A DNA stretch of 64,000 nt from contig JBNZDD010013674.1 in the NCBI GenBank assembly GCA_050575255.1, positions 2,141,058-2,205,057 on the forward strand. The letters run 5' to 3'. Each line of letters opens with the position of its first letter. Position 1 is the stretch's first letter. Positions 14,315-27,560 of the stretch are shown piece by piece. The notes beneath the pieces are model-generated. The model was given only the letters and a program-made list of their open reading frames with translations, searched no databases and had not been told where the DNA came from. Source of the DNA: Harriotta raleighana. Its lineage: Eukaryota. A program made the position numbers and the translations under genes.

Positions 14315-14820
14315 AATAATAATAATACTTGTATTTGATATGCTACCCAATCATGGTATTGAAACATCTTGCAGTGTTTCTCAAGAGTCTGCTGTAAAGT
14401 GTAGTGACTGGGTATTTGTAGGGAAACGCAGCAGTCAATTTGTACTCGGCAATGTCCCACAAACGCCTATGGAGTGAATGGATAATTTTATTTGGGGGAA
14501 TTGTTGGCCAGGACATCAGCAAATTCCCTTCTCTTTTTGAATAGTGCACGGGATCCTTAACGCCCAACTGAACAGGTAGACAGACCTTTGCTTAACCATT
14601 TCATCCAAACCTCTGGCAACCTCTGATAATCTAGGGGCCCCTTGATNCAGTGCACGGGATCCTTAACGCCCAACTGAACAGGTAGACAGACCTTTGCTTA
14701 ATCATTTCATCCAAACCTCTGGCAACCTCTGATAATCTAGGGGCCCCTTGATCATCAGATCCAAGTCTCAACGTGGGACTGGAACTGCAATCTTCTGCCT
14801 CAGAGGCAAGTGAGTGCAAG
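14315..14820 (-). mobile_element. Longer DeuSINE-like element (SacSINE1/AmnSINE1-type architecture)
   Basis: Tail aataatacttgtatttgatatgc, core gggaaacgcagcagtcaatttg...tcccacaaac, then ttggccaggaca...ttgaatagtgcacgggatc, and a tRNA-like end ttctgcctcagaggcaagtgagtgc. Contains an N-joined duplication. Confidence 0.65.
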
Positions 14821-15044
14821 TGTATGTGGAGGGAGTGAAGAGCTTGCCCATAACTTGTACAATTGCTGGTGAGGAAAGTTTGCTTTCAGTTTACATCAAC
14901 CAGATATTTAACAGGGGCTTTTGTCAGCAAAATGCTTAATCTCCCGATCATCATTTCAATAGACATTTCTTTAAATCTGTAATCAACTTTAATATTTTTA
15001 TATAAACAATCAGTAAAGAACACACAGAATTATACAATCATTTA

Positions 15045-16737
15045 AACGTTCAACAGGAAATAAAACTTTTATTGAACACTAGTGTAATATTCAGTTATGT
15101 AACAACATCAGAAACGCCACGGTGTAATTCACTACACAAAGTGAAACAAAATATAAACACCTCATCAAAAATTAAGGTTTACAGAGCTCTACTGGTCAGC
15201 TCGCTGGCCCCGAGCAAAGTGGCAGAAAAAAACATTCAATATTTCTACAAGATACAGAGAAAGTTCACATGGAAAATACTTAAGCAGGCAGGTAATATAC
15301 ATAATCATACACAAAGGCAACTAGTTTCATTCTACAGCGTCTGACTAATACTTTACACTTCATTTTCATAAAGATTAGATTTATTGTGGCTTTTTGTCTA
15401 TTGAAGTGTACCAGTTGATGCTCAGTGAATAGAAAGGAAGGGGCACCTTCTGGCTATGGCTGTACTTTTTAAAACACAGAAAAAACACTAAATAGTGATT
15501 TTACGAAAGGATTGTAGTAATTTTTTGGCAGTGTATATATATCTATAATCTTGCTCTTGTAGATTAAACCTGCACATCAACACTGATTAGTATTTAAGTG
15601 GCAGTTCCTAATGCAATGTGCTTGCTGTGTAACATTTGTATTAAAATCCTGAGCTAAGAGTATGTTAGTACTGTATATGCTAACGGCTGAATACCTAAAG
15701 CTTTTGTTGTTGCTTCTTTTTAAGACAGAGTACACCATCTCAGGAACTCTATATTCATGACTTTTGGGTCTAGATTGCACAGTGCTCAAAAAGATGCTGT
15801 ATGATTATTCTGTTCCTGCTATTTCTTTTAATAAAATACACCTCTCTTGCGTAGCCTTCCAGTTCTATATTGGTCCAGAGTTTAAGAGAACTATCTGTGC
15901 TATGCAGGCATTCAACGTGGCAGTAGAAAGGAATGATTATTATGGCAAATCCATGCCTAAATCAGAATTACGATTGAATAAATTTGCTGCTATCCACTGA
16001 AGAATGTACAATTCTAAGCACACACAGCAGTCACAGTGATACACAGAGCAGTCCTTTAGACTCTAATGGAATGACTGATAGCTTTATAATAGTGCCATTG
16101 ACTACATTATCACATGAAACATTTAAAAACTCCTCCTGAAGTAAGCACCTAGCAAGTGCAAGAAGTCTTTCAAAGTGTATAAGCTAGACTATCTACGTCA
16201 GTACATTTTTGTCCCTCTTGCTTATCTTTACTAAGATGCATTTCCATCTTGGTCTACAGGCTTACTAGAAGGAAATCACTGGAATGCAGAAGATATATTT
16301 ACCCAATAATATATAGCATCAACTTTCCTATTTCTCCGGCAATTTACATAGTTTAAAATAGAACATCTTATTAAAAACATCTAGATATGCACGGGATTAA
16401 GAAACGCTAACAACATACAAACACTGACTATAAATCATTTATCAGCATACTGTTATGTACAACTGTGTGATACATCATTTCAGTCATGCTCTATCTACAC
16501 AGATCATATTGCTTAAAAGGATGAAACAGATGGAGAGTATTTAGTGTGATGAAGTGTTTTGAGGGGCTTTAGTTCCATTGATGGGTGGGGAGAAAAAAAC
16601 CAAATGAATAGAGGAAATAGGACTTGGTCTAACATTGACGGTGGGAGTGGATGGATCAGTCTCACTGAGGTATTTACAGATACTAACTGTGAGCACTGAA
16701 TGGAGAAACATTGAAAGGCTTGTTTTTTTTAAAATTT
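15045..16737 (-). other. SYT1: Predicted SYT1 3' UTR (~1.7 kb)
   Basis: Stretch with no recognisable repeats between the stop codon and a canonical AATAAA. SINE sequence resumes at ~14820. The 3' end position is inferred. Confidence 0.6.
15068..15073 (-). terminator. Polyadenylation signal AATAAA
   Basis: Plus-strand tttatt, followed on the minus strand by U/GU-rich sequence (ttttatttcctgttg...ttctgtgtgttcttt). Confidence 0.6.
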
Positions 16738-16980
<243 letters not shown>

Positions 16981-17640
16981 TTAACGTCTGGAATTGAGGG
17001 AACGGTTTCCATTGCTTCGCCTCAATTTTTTGGTACTCATTACTTACTTTACATAGTGGAGCCCTGCGATGTGATGCGACTGTTTAAATGTAATTGTGTT
17101 GTAATCCAAATATTGTGTTCATATCAGGATGCTTTCACATGCAGTGAGATAACATCAGAAATAATGTCAGCCTAAAACCTTCACAAATGCTTAATTGTGG
17201 TGAATTGTTGTGTTTGTGAAGGTGTAGAAGGTCAGTATTGGAGGAATGGGATATTTCTATGCTCATTTACGAATGTCATATGAAGTTTTCTCCACTTGAC
17301 CGTACAAAATCTCTTTAACCTTTGTCATTTTTCTATTCACCACACCAGCCAACACCAGGCTAAATTTGTACCCAATCTTAGGCTGCTGTGAGAAACCTCA
17401 TTGTAAATACATGCACCACCGTTGGGAAATGCAAAAACGTCTCTCGATAGCTGGAGTCAAACCACAAATAATATATGGGTAAGCATCCAAGTCTGAGCAT
17501 TCTATGATATAGAGTATTGAAAATCAATTCACTCATTCAAGGAGAATAGTATCTCAGTTACCATCATCATTTCAGATCACAATTTCTTTCACTTGTGCTA
17601 TAGTAATGTCATACCTTTGTTTAATGCAAAAAAAACTTTT

Positions 17641-18042
17641 ACGCTAGTGATTTCTGGTTTTCACTACTGGCCAGTCTTACCTGAGCAGATGCATTTTTCT
17701 GCTCTTGTTCTGTTGGCTGCTAATAGCTTTCTTTGCCCAACAGGGTGCCACTTTGAATGTGTTTGTGGTTGAACGAGTTGTTGTCTGTGCTGTCATTAGC
17801 ATTGCCCTGGAATACTGCTGACCTGCCTGGCTCGAGAAACCAGACTAGCGAGACCTCCACAAAGGTCTGTCTGATTTTTCAAAACATTCTTACGCAACAA
17901 AATCTATTTTTCTACTCTTCACTTTTAACCCGCCAAATTTGGAGTTCTGCTGCCACTCCCACATTTTGCTGGTTTAAGATTCAAAGCAAAGGACCCGGTT
18001 TGGTCAGACTGGTCAGTGGTGAAAACCAGAAATCACTAGCAT
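17641..18042. repeat. Imperfect ~41-bp inverted repeat, possible MITE
   Basis: acgctagtgatttctggttttcactactggccagtcttacc versus ggtcagactggtcagtggtgaaaaccagaaatcactagcat, 4 mismatches. Confidence 0.75.
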
Positions 18043-18148
18043 CAAAGTTTGGAGGGTAAGTGTTAATTCTCTCACCTTTTCGCCAAACACATCGATATCA
18101 TATAACTGCCAAGGTAAGCGACGGTATTGATGAAAGCATGCACACTTA

Positions 18149-18484
<336 letters not shown>

Positions 18485-21400
18485 TCACAAATATCTTGTG
18501 AAGGACTTTGAGACTTCTGAAATACGTGATAAGGCGCTATATCAAATGCAAGGATTATTTTTTATTTTATTGTTTTTTTAAATAGCCTTCCCTTGCCAAG
18601 AACAAAGTTTCATTTCTGTCTCGCTGTTTACTTCAAATCATTATTCATACATTCCCCGTTCACATTAATGAGAAACAGATATAATATCTATGTTAAATAT
18701 ACAATTTTATCAAATGATTTTTATGATTAAATGGGAATATTAATGGTCTGTCTTAGGACATCAAAACATTGTGTACCAAATGGCTTTGTGGTTCTGTAAA
18801 TTTGACTTTAAAATGATACAGTAATATCAGTAAAATTGTTATTTGTTGAATTTAATTTTTAGTGGAGCTCCAGGTATTTCATTTTCTGCTAGCTATAATG
18901 ACTGCATTTAACAAGAAATTGTTTTTCTCAAGTGACACCATTTTGCTTAAAATTATGTATTTACTAAATAATCATCAATAAGTAAACTGCTAGAGAATAT
19001 GTTCTATCATTGTTTTTATGGAGAGTTAGTCTTTCCACCAATGGAGGGGGAAAAATACAACTTTACTTTTCCATAACTATTTGCAGTATACCTATTAAAG
19101 AGCTTAACTGAATTCACTGTTTTGCTATTTCCAGGCATACCATCAAATGTACATAGGATTTCTGTGAAATAGCTTTCTGTATAATCATTAGTCTCTCGTT
19201 CTGCAGGTACAAAGCACTCCGAGATGCCATCCATGTAAAGGTTGCTATCTAAACGCAAGTTGTTGTTGTACAATGATGTGGAACCAGAATAAAACCAAAT
19301 TTCAATAGTTTCATCACAGTGATTTTACTTCTGGACTTGACTGTTACAATAATTTAAAAAATTATGCATGTTCCCTTTGTTTTAGCTCCTAACACAGGAA
19401 ATAGAATTGTCCATTCAGCCAGTGTTGCCCACTTAACTGGTTCAGTAAAAGCCCTTTTTTTAATCCCATTTCCTTCCCTTTTCTTAGTATTCAATGATAC
19501 TGACACTTACTAAGTCAGTATTTCACTCCCTCAGTCATCTCAAGACTAATCTTCATCCTATATTTCTGCATAGTCTAAATGCAAAATGGATTCATGGTTA
19601 TGTTCAGAATCAGGCGAGCAGTGTATGGAAGGCTCCACTATTCCACCCAGAGGCTAAGTACACGAAAGGGCAACTGAGTTGGAACATTAGACAAAGATAG
19701 CGAGCCTCTCACTGTCTGTGAGTCTGGTGTTCTACCACTGGCCAACACATTCATTTTTTGGAAAGAATTTATGTTTGTACATCAATAATGAATATTTTGA
19801 GCCAAACCAGACAATGTGCTGCAATCACTGGGAGACGGATGTTCACGGAAAGCAGCACTTTCCAAGTTGTCCCTGTGAAGCATTCATACTTGTGGACACC
19901 TTCAACTTTCCAATGCGTTTGAACAGTTACGTTTTTAGAAGTACAGTAATACCAAATACAAAGGTGTACTATTACTTTCTGAGATGGGGCTTTATTTCCT
20001 GCCAGAGGCAACAGTACATGGGGCAAAAGACAAATGTTCTCTCTTTTCATTTACATAGGAACAGGAGTAGGCCATTCAGCACCTCCAGGCTGTTCTGCTA
20101 TTCTATTTGATCATGACTGATCTGTACCTCATATTGAAGGAGCCTGGATGCAAATTATTTTCTGAACCGTGAGGCCAGATTACAACCAGCAAACGAGCAT
20201 TCCTGCTCCTAGAGGCGTTGAGATACACCTACAGAGGTGGTTTTCTTGTCACCTTTGGACATAAGTGGGGCATTGAATTTCCCGTACAGTTTGAGTGCTC
20301 CGCCTGTTGTGATTATTACACATTCCACCTTCCACCAAACAGCCTGTGTTCAATGGCCCCTTTTCCCATCTAGGTCATTGCTGTTAACTTTCTTCTTCCA
20401 CTCCACAAATGCTCCACATATCCAAGTCCAAGTGTTTAGACTCGTTCCCTGGTTCAACTGGCCCAAGGGCTCAATCTGTCTATTCCCCTCACCCCTTCCC
20501 TGGCCCACCCCCCTCCCGGCCATCAGGTCCAAGTGCCTGGCNCCCTTCCCCGGCCCACCCCCCTCCCGGCCATCAGGTCCAAGTGCCTGGCTGGTGTGTA
20601 AGCAAGACATGTAAACCGAGGAAGGCTACAATTTGAACTGCTCTCATGTCAGGAACGAAACCTGCATCTCCGGGAATGAGAGAAGTGTTATACCACCAAG
20701 CAGCACTCCGCAGGTCTTGTGTTGTGCTCTTCTGCATGCTTGGATTCCTAAGGAAAACTATTTGTTGCCACAGCTTTCTCCACTACATTTTGCCGGCTGA
20801 GAGGAACTTGGGTCGATTTCTCTGCAGTTACCATATTAGGGAACGGAATGTCTGGCAATTTTTTTTTAATATATTCAAATGGAACTGATTTGACGGGAAA
20901 TTGGACAATCCAGCCAACAAAGGGAGATAAAGATTGGAACAATGGGGATAACATAACACTGGCTGTGGGAAGTGAAGCACTTATGTTTAAAAAAAAATTC
21001 CGATACATTCAATTTGAAAGACAAACGCTTTCCTGAGTCATTAAAGGCCATTAGTCAGGAATCATTCATTATGTCACAGGATTTTTGCTCGGGCATTTTA
21101 AAATTAGAGATTGAATTAGGGAATTTCAGGAGAAAATAGTCATCAATGCAAAAGGCTGTAGGCTACAAAATGCATCATTCCTGTTTGTGACATTACACCC
21201 TACATGCGTTGGCAAATACACTCTCTGAATAATGAAGTGCTTGTTTTTCCTTCAGCTACACCAGCTGCTTGCATGCTATTCAGTTAATAGTGGGCTTTTT
21301 AAAAAAAATCAATGTACTCAGCTTTGATGCAGAAAGTTCATTTTTAATTACTTTCTTCCAAGATATCAGATAGTCATTTCATTCGGGGTATTTTTTGAGA

Positions 21401-24400
21401 GGTTTAGTTAACCCCTATTAAGTAAAAGTAAAGATTAACACTGTCAGGAAAAGGCAAGATCCCATCTATCTAACTTCTAACACACTGGTATGGAAATAAA
21501 TACAAAGTTCTTAAGTATGAACTCCGCTTTTACAATGAGCCCCTATTCCAAATACCCTGGCTTCATCTCAAATGCACACCTTAATTGCGATGACCTCCCA
21601 CTCCTGAATTAAATTCTCAAAATAGAATCTGAAAGTGTTGGAAACCCTTAACCTCATGGCTATTCTTCAATTATGACCCTCATAAGCACTGATAATGGGA
21701 GTAGGAAAGCGAGATAGGGAGGATATCACATTTGGCTCTGTTCCCTTCTTCATCCATTTCACATACACACACTTCCTAACAAGGGTCATTGGAAATCGCC
21801 TGGCTGGTTTTGTAACATCCTCTCTGAGATCAGTTAATGCAATTCAGATTAAAGGATGCAATTAGGGATTTTCCTACAGTACTTTGTATTTGAAACATTT
21901 ACACAAAGAGCAAGAAGGTGGCACAAGGTGTCTTTACTACACTTCAAGGCAACCAGGATCAAGATTCAGACACGTGTGTGCGGATTTGTGAGCATGAAGC
22001 AGTGTCCCAAAATTTCATGGCCTGTGTTGTTAATGCATGAAAAACTAGGACAAGTTAATTTTACTCTTTTTATTTTAAAAAAAAGTCTGTCTTTTGCAAG
22101 CTGTGCATTGCACCCGGTAAATTTCGGGATGCTGCATATTATCATTACTTTAGGAAAGATAAACACTTTTTATTACTAATCCCATTAAGCATCTCTGTCC
22201 CTCTGGCAATAACTTGACTGTCAGTTTGAGACAGACTGCAGTCAGTAAGATTGTGTTTCCTCCACCCTGTCGGATTTGTGTGTCAGCTACCATTGCTGCT
22301 AGCACTAAACACATTGATTTATCATTTTGCTTTCCATAAAATGTGGAATTGTTTCCAAAGAAAATCAACTCCAACTCACACAGGCTGACAGTCTACAAGT
22401 GGGGAATGAGCAGCAAATGCTAATCTGAGCAAAGAATGTTAGCGTCAGTAAGAAATAATGGTTTCATTTTAACAGGAAAACACATTTGAGGTAAAAGTAT
22501 AATTCCTACATTTTCCTCCATAATATTTTAGATATTATACAGCTTGCTGCTGTAATGGGAAGATGTGAAGGCAAATATTCTTGGAGGGTGAGATCAAAAA
22601 GGGCCGAAGGGCTTTCTTCATCTAAACTTTTCTAATGATCTTGTGAAGAATTTCCATTGTTTATCTATCCAATATATATTTTCCAAAATTATTGGATTTT
22701 TTTCAAAAATAAGGCAATGGGGTTGCTACACCTTGACAGCTCATCTCTACTTACAAATAAACTAGTGACCTTTAAAATCTCAAATTATTAATTTAGCATT
22801 GCAGCCTCTAAGTGCAAGTTATTAAAATAGCCTTCTCTTGCCAGCTTCATCTGTTCTCATGGCAGGAGGCTGACGAAGGTATGCTGAATGCCAGAGGAAT
22901 TCTCTACATCTGATGAGGAAGGAGCTCCTGATACAGGACTCGAACATTTGACTAGAGTTGGAAAACACCACAAAATATACAGTCAAACTACTGTACTTCT
23001 ACGAAAGTGCTTTGAGGTGTCTCAATGACGTGGTAAGACGCTATATCAAATGGAAGTATTATTATTATACAGATAACCCGAGAGAAATCCGCTGCCTGGA
23101 CAGTCCCACTTTTTCAAGCCACAGAAGAAACACAAAGTGAGTGAAGCAGGTAAATACCAATTATAAATGATAAAGGATTGAATTCAACAGATGTAATAGG
23201 AAAAGGAACAAAATGGTAATTCTGTTTGTGCGAACAGACAATAATTAGATTTATGACAAGACAGAGCTCATAGTCTGCCCAGTTACATCGTACAATGGGA
23301 TTACAGATATGCTCTGCAATGGAATTAAGCAATATTTCCTACATTGCTCATTAATTTACATTTGCACAGGCTGGATAGGCTATATAGAATCCATCAATAA
23401 CAGAATAAATATTTTTGTAACTGCTACTGAACAAGATTACTGAGGAGGAAATTTACTCAAAGATAGTCGAAGTTGTGATTTATTGAATGTGATCCAGGCA
23501 AGTAATGTAGCTGTACGATAGATGTGGAGCTTGCTGGATATCTAATTTTGAGTGGGTGGTGGAAGATGCATTGGTTTTGCTTCTAGCAGCAGAAACATTG
23601 CCTTATTTTCCTTTACTGTAAAACTAGAGGTTAACATTTTATTAGCTGATGTTAATGCAAGTTTGCAATCTGAAGCACCATAGCTCAAAAGTTGAATTCA
23701 TTCTGTGACAATTGTATTAGATTGCAATTAACAGCATAAAGGGTGTTACATCACATAACATTGGTCAAAGAGTACACAACACTGTTTGAATTAATAAGGA
23801 CTGCGAGGAGATAAAATACTGCACATGGTGTGTGTGTGTCATAAAGTAATCTTAGTACTGTGCGTCATAAACCTAATATGGAACTGTGATAGTATAAACA
23901 TTATGAAAACTAATTATGTTTTTTTCATCCTTTCACCTGGCACAGTTTGTACCTATTTAACTTTTTAAACATTATGAATACACTTCTACACCTCAGTTTT
24001 TGCAAAATTAAAATGATCCCAGCAGCATCGCAACATTGCTGTACCGGTGTCTTTACACGTATCTACTTAAGATAGTCTATTTGTGTATTTTATATATGTA
24101 TACATCTATATATATTTGTCTTTAATACAGATGAATCAGAGAGCATAGAGTAATATAAAAGGTACAAAAAGGAGTGAGCAAGTGAGTGGGGTTTGATTAG
24201 GTAGCATTTGTTGAGAAAAATACCAGCCCAAACTTAATGGGATAAATCCCCTTTCTGTATAATAGTAACATAATAATTATGTTCTGTCACATGGAGGATA
24301 CTAATGGGAACCTTTCACTCTCCTCCAGCACTGTCTCTTGTGATGCCTTAACACCGTGGCCCTAATGTAGTAGCCACCATCCCTAACACTACTTGAATCA

Positions 24401-25300
24401 GCTGTCATCGGGCAACTTAAAGAAGTCTCTTGAGCTTCTATCCCCACAGCAACACAGAGAGATTAAACACTCAGTAGAGTGTGACTGGGAGGGGAACAGG
24501 TCAAGCATACATCCCCCATTCCATTGCACAACATGAAATGTTTCTTTAACACACTACATAACATCCGATACACTCTCTGGCAATCTGTTGATCACTAAAC
24601 CACTATGAAACTTTAAAGTGATGCCAGTTTTTAAAACATATATATTTGCAGTCTGAAAGTTTCTCTATTTCATGTCCTTGTGTATACATTTGCATCTGCT
24701 GCAATGTCTAACCTTCGCAGGTTCTAGCGATAGTTAAAATAAATTGTTGAACAACAGGCCGAGTCTCTCAGTGCTGACTCTATTGTAAACAGATTTTTTT
24801 TGTCCAGCCAGCAGTCACTCAATGCATTTACTGGCGATGTATTAACTGCACAACTACTAGGTCGCTAAGCAGCTGGATTGAAGTTTCTTTTTGTGGGTGG
24901 TCCTGCCTTATGACATTATTGATTATTGCCTCTGGGCTGAAAACTACACAATGTAAAAGCTGGGGCTCACACAAAATCTGTCTGTGCCCAAGAAAGTCAT
25001 GTGAGGCTTTAGACAACAGGGTTCAAAACAGGTCAAAATGCTCAAACACCAAGTTATTGTTCAGAATACAATCAATCTGACCCAGCTATGAGTATTGAAA
25101 GACCAATTTTATCTACGTAGCAGCAATTTCCTCTAAGTACATTCTATCAGTTTTCATTAATAGACCCCTCTCATAAAAAAAACAGAGTGTTAAGTCATCT
25201 CTTATCTCCTCTAGCCAGCAGTCACTCCATAAAAGTTATGGCATTGTGTCATATCAGATGTTGATATTGCAGCTATAAAAGAAAGAATCACATATCATCA

Positions 25301-25450
<150 letters not shown>

Positions 25451-25989
25451 TCAATTGAAAATCAGATTAATAAATGTCAGGCTTATGGGATGGCTTGATA
25501 ATAAGGCTTGTTTTAAACAAGACGATACAGTCAGTATCAATTAACAGAATTAGGTTTTATTTTGCAACTCATGGGATTTATTTTAGTCTTTGTTATTGCT
25601 TCACGGACACAAGTTTCACCCTGCGAGTTTTTCACAGTACATCAGTTACAGCAAGATCCATCCTTGCTAATGGAGTGACACATTTAAGCACATTTTGTTT
25701 TGATGGAAGAGTTCAGTTAACCTGCACTTTGAAGCGTGCCAGTTTATAATAATATACACCACACTGAAATTTCTTGCATTCTGGGGGCAGAAAAAAAAAT
25801 CAATTTGAAATCAAAGTAAAATAATTTAAAAATAAGAACTGATCTTAATTGAATGCGAGGCACTATTTCAATCTTGCATGAGGCAAACGACAAAAACAAT
25901 GTTAATGTGAAGACCAGATAGACTATCAGAACAAGAACCATTTCACATCTAACTCCAGCCTGGCCCTCCAGCCCAGTTTTTTTTGAATT

Positions 25990-26165
25990 AGGCCATTCGG
26001 AGTAGGCCATTCGGCCCTTCGAGCCTGCCCTACCATTTAATAAGATCATGGCTGATCTTCTGACTTAACTCTAATTACCTGCCCTATCCCCATATCCCCC
26101 AATCCTTCTATTTAAAAAAAATTATCAGTCTCAGCCTTGAAAATGTTTAAGGACTGAGCAAGGAT
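25990..26165 (-). mobile_element. CR1 LINE 3' tail
   Basis: ggagtaggccattcggcccttcgagcctgc...gatcatggctgatc, the reverse of a CR1 3' UTR hairpin. Related tails at ~20055-20130 and ~5305-5470. Confidence 0.65.
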
Positions 26166-27294
26166 TTTCACTTATCCCTCTATGTGACCAACAAAGTAGA
26201 AATTCTAGGTAGCATTTGTATCCAAAATTGTAGACCTATCAAGGCCAGCCTTGTAACACTAAATTTATTTTCAACCCAGATGCTATTAGAATTCAGCTGC
26301 CTTTCCTCACCACCATCTTTTAGTGCTTAACTGGAAGACTGTTCACCCAAAACTCCTTACACTTTGATAGGATTTTTTCCTCCTTCAGGCAAAGGCAATG
26401 GATTAACTCCATTCCACATTGTGTTCAACGTTAATGATCCCCTTGGAACCCTTTCTTAGATTACTGCTTTTAATCCAGTTAATATATATCTAATCCTGTG
26501 CACAGTTCTTTATATGTAATAGTATCCAGACTACTGTTTGAATGGCAAAGCTAGAGGTGACAATGATTTCTCTCCTTTTTCTCACAAATCTCTCGATTCA
26601 TCAAAAGACGGTACAAAGCAAAGGTGTGAAATGTTGTTCTTGCTCCATGTTTCTTTAGAGAAAAGTTGAGAAATCAGTATTCACGGCCTGTCTCCACAGC
26701 TCCCAGTTCCACGTTAGATAGATGAGCAGTTATAATCTTAACGGAACTAAATGATGCTCGGTCACATATTTATTAAAATGTCATGTTTGGGAGGGTATTT
26801 AAAAACAGGTTATATCATGCTGGGAGCATTCCACCAGATTGATATGTGGGCTGCAAAGAGCTGTTAGTTCAGAGCCCAAAGAAGTTGTTTATTTCACATA
26901 ATCCTTATGCTGGAATGCAAATATCACAGTTCATTTTACAGCTAAAACATATGACCTATTACACAAATCAGCTCCCATTGCTAATCAGCAGCATTTCGGT
27001 CTCAAAATCACACACATTTCTATACTCTGTGAGCAGATTGGCTGCCATATTCACCTACAAATACACATCTGTTGCACTTTACATTAAAATCCTATCAAGC
27101 GTTTTGAGATGTCTCGGTAACGTGACAAGGTGCTACACTAAATGCAAGGATTATTACAATTTCAATTACTGAAATCAAAGAACGCTGAGGATTGAAACAT
27201 TTCTCATTTCAGAACAATTGGAATCTCCTACATAACCATTCCGTATATAATATGCAAAATAATATTTTTTGTAACAGGGCAGACAAGCTGAATA

Positions 27295-27560
27295 CCGAAT
27301 GTGGCCTTCAGCCTCTCTGCCCCACCCTTTGGAACTTCATCCTAGTGTCGCTATGGTTTGCTCCTTCCCTTGCCTTCTTGAAAGCATGTCTCAAGTCTCT
27401 CCACTTCGACCGCACTTACAGTCACCCTTCTACCCCTATCTCCACGCTCCCCACTCCCTCATTCCAAACCCCTAGCTTGGGTCCATATCCCTGACTGTCC
27501 AGGGCCTTGGGTGATGTCCTCTTGACGTGAAAGGCGCTCTTATAAATGTAATGTGTTTTG
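27295..27560 (+). mobile_element. L2 LINE 3' end
   Basis: gccttcagcctctctgcccccaccctttggaact...gacgtgaaaggcgctcttataaatg tail. Confidence 0.6.
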
